This document shows, one piece after another, positions 26,801 to 35,700 of a DNA stretch of 47,303 nt. Position 1 is the stretch's first letter. Each line of letters opens with the position of its first letter. Made by a program: the position numbers and the translations under genes. The DNA is from an uncultured Bacilli bacterium (GTDB taxonomy: Bacteria > Bacillota_I > Bacilli_A > RF39 > UBA660). The stretch spans positions 1-47,303 of the forward strand of contig CALVUT010000035.1 in the NCBI GenBank assembly GCA_944363675.1, in the 5' to 3' direction. Below the pieces are notes generated by a model. The model ran no database searches. It worked only from the letters and a program-made list of their open reading frames with translations, and was not told the DNA's origin.

Positions 26801-28439
26801 TTCTGATTTGGCTGATAAATTGCATTTAAAGCCTTCCACTCTTTGGCTTCCTAGTATTCCAGAAGTCATTTATGTAGATAATTTAGCATCAAAATATCAT
26901 TATGAAGTAAAACCTTATGTTTTAGATGAGATTGTAGGAGAGTATGATTCACCATCAACGCAGTCGCAAGGCTTACTTACTTTACCTATTTCTGCGGAGG
27001 GAAATGTTTTAATTTATGGTTCTGCTGGTTCTGGTAAGGAAAATTTTTTGACGACTTTCTTATATACGGCTATGGCTCATCATAGTTCTTTAGAAGTTAA
27101 TTTTTATATCTTAGACTTTGGGGCTGAAACACTTAATATTTTTGCTCGTGCTCCTCATGTTGGTGATGTAATTTTATCTGATCAGGATGATAAAATTGTT
27201 AATTTGTTTAAGATGCTCAATCAAATGATTGATGACCGTAAAAAGAAATTTATGCAATTTGGTGGTAACTATAATTCATATATTCTTAAAAGTGAGGAAA
27301 AGTTGCCCAATGTTGTTGTTATTATTAATAACTATGATAATTTTAAAGAGTTGTATCCAGATTATGATGAGGAATTAGTTTCTATTACTAGAGAAGCTTC
27401 GAAGTTTGGTATTTACTTTATTTTGTCCGTTGTTGGTTCAAATAGTGTACGATTAAAATTGCAACAAAACTTTAAGCAGTTACTTACTTTACAAATGAAT
27501 AATGTCGATGATTATAATACTGTTTTAGGAAATGTTCGAAAAATGACTCCTTCTAAGAAGTTTGGTCGTGGCCTTATCCGATTAAACGGAAATATTTATG
27601 AGTTTCAAACAGCCTATGCTTTGGAAAAAGATAATTTATCTTCTTTGTTAAGTGATTTTGTTGATCGTTTAATTGAAAAAGAAAAAACGAAAGCTTTGAA
27701 AGTTCCAGTGTTACCTGATCATGTTTATTATAAGAATCTGGGTGTTTTATCTACTTTGAGACAAGTTGTTGTTGGTGTAGAGAAAAATTCATTGGATGTG
27801 GCTACTTATAATTATGAAAGTAGACCAATTCATGTCATAACGGGATTAGAACTGGAAAAAATGTTACCTTTTTTGAAAGGAATGATGGAATCGTTTTCTT
27901 CAATTCATAATCAATTACTTTTTGTTCTTGATGGTGAAAAGCTTTTTGCTAAAACTGATGTTAAGACAAATTATTTTTATCAAAAGAATTTTGATAAAGT
28001 TTTGAAAAGTGCTAGTGAGTATATATTAAAACTAGATGAGGATTATCAAAAGTATAAAGATGATGAGCGAGTAAAAAGTTATACTCATTTAACTTTATTT
28101 ATTATCGGTGTTGACTCTTTTTTAAGTCAAATTAATGCCTCTTTACAGTCTTTTGAGGAAATGATTGAGAAGGGAAGTGCTTTGGATAAGATTTCTGTAA
28201 TTCTTGTTGATGCTGCCGATGTAATTAAGAAACATGATTTTGATTCTTGGTATAAACGATTTAATTCAAATAGCCAGGGCATTTGGGTTGGATATGGACT
28301 TACGGATCAATATGTGATTAAGTTATCTAGAACACCTAAATTCTGTTATGAAGAAATTTCAAATAAATTTGGCTATGTTGTTCGAAATGGTATTCCAATT
28401 CAGATTAAGTTGCTAGAAGGAGAAGATAATCATGAATAA
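23892..28439 (+). CDS. essC: Type VII secretion FtsK/SpoIIIE-family ATPase EssC
   Basis: 1515 aa. Soluble N-terminus, then two hydrophobic helices (LLLQMGGMLTMGMSSMVTLFV; VLPSLVIGVSMLVGMLLIPTL). D1 has an intact Walker A GMTGSGKSE and Walker B FIISDEFAE. D2 P-loop is GSAGSGKEN (Lys followed by Glu). No recognisable P-loop in D3. Confidence 0.95.
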   Translation: MKIVIFFDDSKTFQIYNLPKIIDGNYWVTYQDEDGNKKNFLNVYAYNNQWVYEDDYKQIVILPFRYYKVKETFFYTIPLYDESLKLYSVQGLDTLSFGKSKGDIQADCFGEATITLNKKGNRWLIQCDKANFRMYINQKIVTGKLLEPTDSIFLNGMTLYVLAEYLIFNNPQNIVHIENSKIVLKEIPSIEETTETLDDKSIYEKKDYFYRSPRFRNVIEEVQIKIDSPPASPVKEEMPLLLQMGGMLTMGMSSMVTLFVSVSGLASGERDFMSVLPSLVIGVSMLVGMLLIPTLSRRYQKKKSLEQEKLRQEKYLEYLAAKKKEIHQVIEDQQTRLNDNSVSLETCEDIILHRRRNLWERKIEHDDFLSVHIGIGEIPAKIKISFPEEHFSLEDDSLKNELFKMADEPRNLKNVPINVSFVEKNICAILGNIQLIPSFLNSILLQFITFHSYEDVKFVLLTSEATSSKWEDMKEIPYLWNNDRTMRYYGETKEDKFAILNTLFEVYKNRRYADEDYSKESGNDYRSFLPYYAIITDDFESIRDSDFVRAVMKNKTNFGFSFLIITHRLMGLPNECNSFINVDANQSGMIENELSSDKQLVFQAEFLNKPLTDCYRMISNIPIPLASAKGRLPDTISFLEMYNVGRVEQLNALNRWNTNHPYDTLEAPVGVDSNGSLFMLDLHEKAHGPHGLVAGMTGSGKSEFIITYILSMAVNYHPDMVSFVLIDYKGGGLAGAFYNPDTGVRLPHLAGTITNLDTVEIKRSLASIESELKRRQRLFNEARQQTNESTMNIYKYQKLYQEGVVKEPIPHLFIISDEFAELKSQQPEFMAQLISTARIGRSLGVHLILATQKPSGVVDAQIWSNSKFRVCLKVQDRSDSMDMIKVPDAAALTDVGRFYLQVGYNEFFALGQSAWCGAPYYEMDERKSKVNSSLDYINNVGKVLKSIEQEDVSKKLQYKGEELPAILKYLSDLADKLHLKPSTLWLPSIPEVIYVDNLASKYHYEVKPYVLDEIVGEYDSPSTQSQGLLTLPISAEGNVLIYGSAGSGKENFLTTFLYTAMAHHSSLEVNFYILDFGAETLNIFARAPHVGDVILSDQDDKIVNLFKMLNQMIDDRKKKFMQFGGNYNSYILKSEEKLPNVVVIINNYDNFKELYPDYDEELVSITREASKFGIYFILSVVGSNSVRLKLQQNFKQLLTLQMNNVDDYNTVLGNVRKMTPSKKFGRGLIRLNGNIYEFQTAYALEKDNLSSLLSDFVDRLIEKEKTKALKVPVLPDHVYYKNLGVLSTLRQVVVGVEKNSLDVATYNYESRPIHVITGLELEKMLPFLKGMMESFSSIHNQLLFVLDGEKLFAKTDVKTNYFYQKNFDKVLKSASEYILKLDEDYQKYKDDERVKSYTHLTLFIIGVDSFLSQINASLQSFEEMIEKGSALDKISVILVDAADVIKKHDFDSWYKRFNSNSQGIWVGYGLTDQYVIKLSRTPKFCYEEISNKFGYVVRNGIPIQIKLLEGEDNHE

Positions 28440-28683
28440 GGTTTTAGTGACTATTAAGGTATTACGTTTAAATGAAGAATTTGAAGTATTTTTACCTGTA
28501 AACAAAAAAATTGTAGATATTATCTGCATGTTGGTTAAATCTTTAAACGAGCTTACTAATGGAGTTTTTCCATTAACTTATAGTAATCTTTTGTATGATA
28601 TTGATCAAGGTATTTTTTATGATACTTCTTTGTCACTTAAAGATGCTGGGATTGACAATGGAAAAAAGTTGATTTTGATTTAA
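28432..28683 (+). CDS. esaB: YukD/EsaB-like ubiquitin-fold T7SS protein
   Basis: 83 aa. The ATG overlaps the essC stop. C-terminal LKDAGIDNGKKLILI is typical of YukD-like proteins. Confidence 0.75.
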   Translation: MNKVLVTIKVLRLNEEFEVFLPVNKKIVDIICMLVKSLNELTNGVFPLTYSNLLYDIDQGIFYDTSLSLKDAGIDNGKKLILI

Positions 28684-28722
28684 TTTAATGCTATCCTTTA
28701 TATAGGATAGTAGATGATAAGA

Positions 28723-28750
28723 CTCTCTATCTTTTTAGGGAGTTTTTTTT
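28723..28750 (+). terminator. Candidate terminator between esaB and the effector module
   Basis: CTCTCT / AGGGAG stem (one G-U pair), 8-nt loop, T8 run 28743-28750. Confidence 0.5.
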
Positions 28751-28759
28751 AAAAGGTAG

Positions 28760-29062
28760 ATGATTTTTGTGGAGGTTTATGTTTGTAAAAGTAAAATGAA
28801 GAAAGCTAGTTTTCAAATTAAAGAAAGTGCTTCTGCGATAGATAAGATTGTTTCGGAACTTATGGAAACTACAAATGTTCTTGGAAATGCTTGGCAGGGT
28901 AGTGATTATGAATTTTTTAAGCAAAAAATTACACAAGAATATCAAAATAACTTAACTGAATTTACTCAGAGATTAAAAGAATATGCGGTGTATTTAGAGA
29001 ATGCTTCTAATGCTTATCAAAAACTTGAAGATATTTTTAAGGATAAAGAAATTGAGGTGTAA
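28760..29062 (+). CDS. WXG100-like small helical protein
   Basis: AWQGSDYEFF central WXG motif in a ~90-100 aa helical protein. The start is ambiguous: ATG 28760, GTG 28769 or ATG 28796. Confidence 0.75.
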   Translation: MIFVEVYVCKSKMKKASFQIKESASAIDKIVSELMETTNVLGNAWQGSDYEFFKQKITQEYQNNLTEFTQRLKEYAVYLENASNAYQKLEDIFKDKEIEV

Positions 29063-29065
29063 TAA

Positions 29066-29356
29066 ATGAACAAGTTTGATTATGTTCAAGTGGATACAGC
29101 AATATTAGAATATCGTTCTTTAAGTAATCGCATGGATGCTGAGTTGGCAGCGTTAAATGAAGTTTTAAAAGTATTGCAAGGGGAATCCGTTTGGGCAGGT
29201 GAAGCACATGATTATTTTGAAGAATCTTATTATAAATTAATGAGTGTCTCTGATGATTTATCTATTGCTATGAAAAATATTGCTTTATATGTTCAAAAAA
29301 TATCGGATAATTATAAAAAATTAGAAGAAGGTATTTCTTTGAGAATGGAAGGTTGA
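29066..29356 (+). CDS. WXG100-like small helical protein
   Basis: 96 aa with a central VWAGEAHDYF motif. Tightly packed with its neighbours. Confidence 0.75.
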   Translation: MNKFDYVQVDTAILEYRSLSNRMDAELAALNEVLKVLQGESVWAGEAHDYFEESYYKLMSVSDDLSIAMKNIALYVQKISDNYKKLEEGISLRMEG

Positions 29357-29357
29357 A

Positions 29358-29759
29358 ATGGCATTTGAAAATGTTGATGTTCAAAGAGTTCGTTTGTCTT
29401 TAAAAGCACTTAAAAATTCTTTAATAATTAATGAAGAACAAATGATATTTGATTCAATTTGTAGTGAAAATAATTTTAAGACTTTGGCTAACGATCCTTT
29501 AAAAAAAGGATTGAAAAAGTTGCTTGATGAACGTTATGGCGAGTTGTCTTCTTTGATAGATATTTATCAAAAAATTGTTGATTATGTTGAGGAGTATCAA
29601 AAGTTAGATAAGGAGGTTTCACGTTTAGAAAGAGAAATTGATGATGAATACGATGATGAAGATCCTAGTTATTCTAAAATTCGAAGATTAAAACGAGAAA
29701 AAGCTAATTGTTTAAATCGAATGGATGAAATTGTTAGTACTGTAGATAGTATGATTTAG
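29358..29759 (+). CDS. Small helical protein with an acidic tail (candidate effector partner or chaperone)
   Basis: 133 aa, no WXG motif, coiled-coil-like with EREIDDEYDDEDPSY. Starts 1 nt after the preceding stop, directly upstream of the giant ORF. Confidence 0.6.
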   Translation: MAFENVDVQRVRLSLKALKNSLIINEEQMIFDSICSENNFKTLANDPLKKGLKKLLDERYGELSSLIDIYQKIVDYVEEYQKLDKEVSRLEREIDDEYDDEDPSYSKIRRLKREKANCLNRMDEIVSTVDSMI

Positions 29760-29774
29760 TAAGGAGGTACTTTG

Positions 29775-32700
29775 ATGGACATTAACAAAATTAAAATTAT
29801 GATGTTGGAAACTAAGTGTCAAGATTTTTTGAATTGTTCGTCAAAGTTTCTTACGGATAAATATGAATTGTTTTTAAATAGCTATCTTACAAAATGTGAA
29901 GATTCACGGATTAAACGCATGGCTTCTAAATTAGATGAAAAGTATCTTCTTATAAAAAAAGGTTATCAAAATATAAGTGAATGGTGGAATAATTATTTAG
30001 AAAATGTAAAAGGACTTGAACAGTCTTTAGCGCAAAATAGAAACGAGACGATGACTGAGGGAGATCTTATTACTTATGTTTCTAAAAATATTGAGTCTTT
30101 AAATTCTTTTGAAGAAAATATTTCTACTTTATTATCTCCAGCATTGATTAAAGATGTTTCGCCTATAGTAGATACTTTTCAAGGACATATGAGCAATTTT
30201 CAAACTATGTCGACATCTGTTTTAGGCACTAATTTAGGTTTAAATGCATTTTCTTTTGGAGCCATTGCTGGGGTTTCTACAAATCATGAAAAAACAGCTA
30301 AAAATAGTGATAGTGATCCTATTACTAATCAAGCCTTTGTTCATTCTTTTAATATGGCCGCTACAAATGCTAATTTTTCTAGTAATGCGAATTCTGTTTT
30401 AAATTTAAAAAGTGTATCTAATTCGGCCATTGCTTCTGACTCAGCTATTTCTTCTACATTGAATTTATCTTTTAGTAAAGAAGGAGAAAAATCTTTAAAT
30501 TCTAGTGAATTAAATGATCAGATTTTATTTCAAAGTATGGGTGGTTTTTCTTTGGCGGCATCTTCAGCAGCGTTTAGTTTTCGTTCAGCATTAGCATCTC
30601 AATCTAGTCCAGCTACTCGTGATAGTGAGAAAAAAGATTCGTTTTCAAAAACGTCTTCACCAACTGCGACAGATGATAAGAAAAAAAATGTTTCAAGTGA
30701 TTCTGGTGATATGGCAACAGTTATTGATGATTCTTCATTGGCAGGTATTGTTCGTCAGAGTTTTAGTGGTGAAGATTGGGAAAGTGCTTTTGAAAGAAAT
30801 CTTGAGAGCGCTAAGATAATGAGTAAGGCGTGTGATGTAACGATCAAAGATCTCAAAAAGCAGCAAGATGAGTTACAAAAAAGTCTTGATTCGTTTCTTC
30901 TTGGTCATGGATATATTCTTCGGACAGAATTTTATAGGCCAGATGATAGTATTGATAGTGTGAAAGCTTTGACTCCAGAGGAGTATGAGAAAAGGTTGCT
31001 TAATAGTATTGATTATGATATTCCTGATTCAGATCCTGAAATTGGATATAATGTAATTAAGCGACAAGAAAAAGCCAAAAAGAAAGCTTTAGAGTACGCT
31101 ATTAAATTTAATGAAGCTTTTGAAAAAAGAATGGGAATAAGTTATAACGACTATTTAGAACAACTTCAGTCTATAGAAAATGATATAGCGACGATTAAGT
31201 TTTCTAAATATAGTTTTGATCAACAAGTTAAAATGTCACCATATTTATCGATTATGTATTCAGAAACATTTCAAGAATATAAGGATGGTTATAATCCTTT
31301 GGGTGAGTATGAACTGGATAAAGTTGGTCTTTTTAAAAAGCAAAATCCAATACGGTATTGTGAAAAGCTTGATACAAAGTTTGTTTCAGTTAATGAAGAT
31401 ATGGTGGATTCTGTTTTAGCTAATTCAAATCTTGAAAGTTATGAAAGATTTACTTTGTTATCTGAAGATGAAAAGGCTTTATATAGTTTTTTATATGATG
31501 AGAAAGGTTATAAGGAAGCAGAAAATTATTTGAAAGCAATGGAAGATACGTTGAATAATAGGCAAGGGCTTAAAGAAGCCGTAGATTTTATTAATGGTAT
31601 CTCGGATGTAAAAATTTCTGTTGATTACATAAGCCCAACGGCGCAGCAAGATTTTTTAAAGGCATTAGATGGTGTTGATGTTGGTGATAAATGGTATTCT
31701 TTCTTTTCTACTGTAGGCAAAGGTTTTGGTGATGGACTTCAAACTTTTGGTGAGGGTTTTAGTTCTATTTTGAGTAGCAAAGGTATGATTTCGACAAATC
31801 AATATGCTCAAATGTATATTTTGGAAGGTTTTAGTAAAGATTGGTTTTTAACTGGTACATATGAAGTAAGCACAAGTGCAGGAAATATGGCTCCGTCTAT
31901 TGCTCTTTCGGCAGCTGCTACGGCTGCGGCAGGTCCAGCGGGGTTAGGATTAAGTGCCGAAACGGCTGCAACAGTTGGAAGTACGATGGGGTATATTAGT
32001 ACTGGATTTTCTGTTTTTGGCAATGCTAAAAATCAAGCTTTGGTTAATGGTAATTCTTTAGCTTCTTCAACTTTGTATGCTACTTGTAGTGGTGTATCGG
32101 AAGTCGCGTTAGGTAAATTGTTAGGTAATATTGGTATTTTAAATGAGAATGCTAAATTTGCTTTACAAGAAATACTTAATGAAGGTATCGAAGAGGGTCT
32201 GCAGGAATTTGTGGATGCTGGTTTGCGAACGGCATTTTTGAATGAAGATGTTGATATTAATCAATTAGTTGGTGATTCTGGAAAATCGTTTTTATATGGT
32301 GTTATTATGTCTACAATTACAACTGGTGGCCAACAAGCTATTCGAATTGTTGCTGGAGGAAAGGCGCATACGATTAGTTCTTCAGATGCGGTTGAGTTAT
32401 TAGAGTTATTAAATAATGTCGAGGAAGCTAATCAAAAAGATGCTGTTTTAGAGTATCTTACGAATGTAAAAAATAAAGGGAATGTTGAAATAAGTTCGCC
32501 AGCGACCACAGTTGTAGAAAAGGTGTCTTTTGCAGATAAAGTGAAAAATTTGAGCTTAAATTTGTTCGATTCTTTAGGACAGACTGCTTCTACAGTTTTT
32601 AATGGTGTGGTTTCAGTTAATCATAAAATAAACGATCTTCGAACAAAAGTTGCAGATAATATGGTTGATACTGGTGCAAAAGTAGTAAATGGTGTTAAAA

Positions 32701-35700
32701 GTGTATTTGCTAAGACTAGTAATGTAGCTGAATCTGTTTTTGATACTTATATGAATTTTCGATCTGATGTTCAAGATTCTGTAAAAGATGTAACTTTAGA
32801 TGTCATAGATTCTGTAGTTGATACTAAAGTTAGTGAGTTTGAACAAGTAACTACTTTGCTTGATACGACAAAAGGTTCAGTGGCTAATTTGTTGCAAGTA
32901 GATGTTCAACCTGAAGATAGTATTGGTACGACTTTTGATACTTTTTTTGAAAATGTTAATACAAATATTAGCGAAATATTACATTCTAGAATTAGTCTTC
33001 CTAAGATGTTTATAGGAATGTTTTATAGTTCTTTCGGAGTGCTATCTAAACTAGTTTATACTCCTGTTAAAAATAATGGGGAAATGAGTAAAACAATATT
33101 AGAAGATGGTATTTATCATATAACAAGTCTTGAAAATGCTCAGAAAATTTTAGAATCTGGATATGTTAAAGCTTCTAATATTATTAGTAGCTATGGTAGT
33201 AAAAAAGCTTTCTTTTTTGCTGGATTTCCTAATTTTGAAAATGTTGCTGTGAATATTCCTTCTTTTTTAGAAAAGGCTGTGGCAATTAAGTTTGACATTG
33301 ATGAAGCTGATTTGGATAATTTTCGTTATAGATCTCTGGCTGATCAAGCGGTGGCTACGATTGGAGATTATGTTTTTGATCCAGCTAAAGCAAGTCTTGT
33401 TTATTTGGGATTGATGAATGACAATGGGAAGCTAGTTTATAAGGAAATTTCTGGAGATACTTATAATGGATATCATACGGATGTTTCTGCAGATTTTTTA
33501 GGAAAACGAATCGTTAATTTAGAAAAAAATTTAGTTGCCTTTGCTCGCGAGGGTGGTAATGTTATTCATAATGTTGAAAATTTGGTGCAGATTATTCGTA
33601 AAGGTGATGTAACCAAGACTGCTGCCAAAATTGTCGTTGGTGCTAAAAATGTTGTTTCATCAAATCTTAGTGATTTAGAAGGCCGTATTACATCGCTTAT
33701 TCACGATTATCAGGAAAAGGTTTCATCTATTGATCAACTAGGTCCAACTTATGAACAATTAGAAAAAAAGAAAATTTTTGATTTACTGAATAACGCTATT
33801 GAAAAACAAGTAAATGAACCAATTAAAGTTTTAATGGATGAGTATAATAATCTTTTGGATTCTGATAGTCGATTATCTGAGCTTATTACAAAGGGAAATA
33901 ATGGAGAGGTAATTCGTATTCCTGAGGAATTAGTCGAATCTTATCTTCATTTACGTGATTTAGAGTATAGAATGCTTCATCCTGAGATAAGTCCAAAAAT
34001 GGAAGTTAAAAGCTTTTTACTTAATCAAATTAAAGTTAAATTTAATGAGACTTTTGCTAAAATTTCCGAAAAACCTTTATCAGCTTGGAATAATTTGAAA
34101 GATATTAAGGTCAGTAATTTATTTGATGTTTTAAAACAAACTTTTCTAAGTAATATTGATCGGAATTCTCAAAGTTATATTAATCAATTGAATCAAGTGA
34201 ATCGTGAGAATAATCCTATTAATGTCGGAGAATTAAAAACGGGTATTATTGAAAATATGCCTCAAGGACTTAGTGAGTTAGAACAAGCTCGTTATGTTTA
34301 TTTGGAATTAGGTAAAAAACTTAATTTTAATAAAAATTTTAATATGAATGACGTAGAGAATTATGCCTATATGAAAGGACTTTATGATTTAGAAATTACA
34401 AATGATACTAACTTTGATTCTGGTGTTATTTGTGCTAACTGGGCAGTTGTTTATGCTGATATGCTAAATTCTTTAGGTATTTCTTCTCATGTGGCTGGAG
34501 AGCACAGGTCTTTAAGTCATCAATGGGTAGAATTTGAAATTGATGGACATTATTTTGCAGCTGATGCGACTAGAGGTTCTTTAACGGATTTGGCTCGTAT
34601 TTCTGTGGGGGAACAAACACAAGAATTTTATGAGATATATGATTATTCTACAACTAGTTACCCGGTTGCAAAGCCACTTGAAAATTTTGATGGGTATCTT
34701 CGAAATGTTGATGCAAAATTAAATTATCTTCATGACTTTAATTATCCTAATGTTGTGGAAAGTGTTCAAAGTTCTTCTAATAGTATTGATGAAGGTTTAC
34801 TACTTTTATCCGATACTGTTTTAAGTAAATTAGGATTTATCGAGGCAAAAAGTTATCTGCTTAAATATGTTCGTTCTTTAGATACAGATAAAGTTTCTGG
34901 AACAGATTTGACTAAATTTTTCAAAAATGGTCAAAAGGATATTGTAAATATTACAAGTGTTTTGCAAGAAGATGGTACATATAAATATTATGCTTTACAC
35001 GAAGGATTGGGGTTGCAAGAAGTTACAACTAATGATTTAAATGCCTTGATTTATAGTGGGTATAATTTAGAAAATGGTAAAAGTATAAAAGGATACGAAT
35101 ATAGTTCTATTCATGGAATTGCAAGTCGCTTAAACTCTTTGAGAAATTCTATTAATGGAAAAGTTGCTTCTGTTGTTTCCAATCGCTTTCGAGATTTTAG
35201 TAATACTATAATGCCTTTTGTTCTTTTAAAAGATAGCCAAGATGTTGGTGATTTAGCAACAGGAACTCATGTGACAAATAAATCATATAGTTCGTTAGTA
35301 GATGAGTTTAATCAATTAATTGATTCCGATAGTCGATTATCATGGCTATTAGAAGAGCATGATGCTGGAAAAACAGTTCAAGTTCCTGCCGAGTTAAGTG
35401 AGACTTATCAACGATTGATACAACTAAAAACTCTAATTGAAAATAGTGTCGGTGCTTCTGAGGTAGAAGAAAAGTTGCCAAATATTGATTTGAATGAAGT
35501 TCCGGATAATTTGGCTGATTTTAATAAGTATATGTATTATATACGTAGTTTGACTGATAAAAATGTTCCAGAAGGATTTTCTACTATTGAGGAATATAAA
35601 AGAGCTTTTGCTCGATCAATTCGTGATAGTGGAAAACTTGATCAATATGCAAATATAAACTATGTTTTACATTTAACATATGATCCGATTATTTTAAGTG

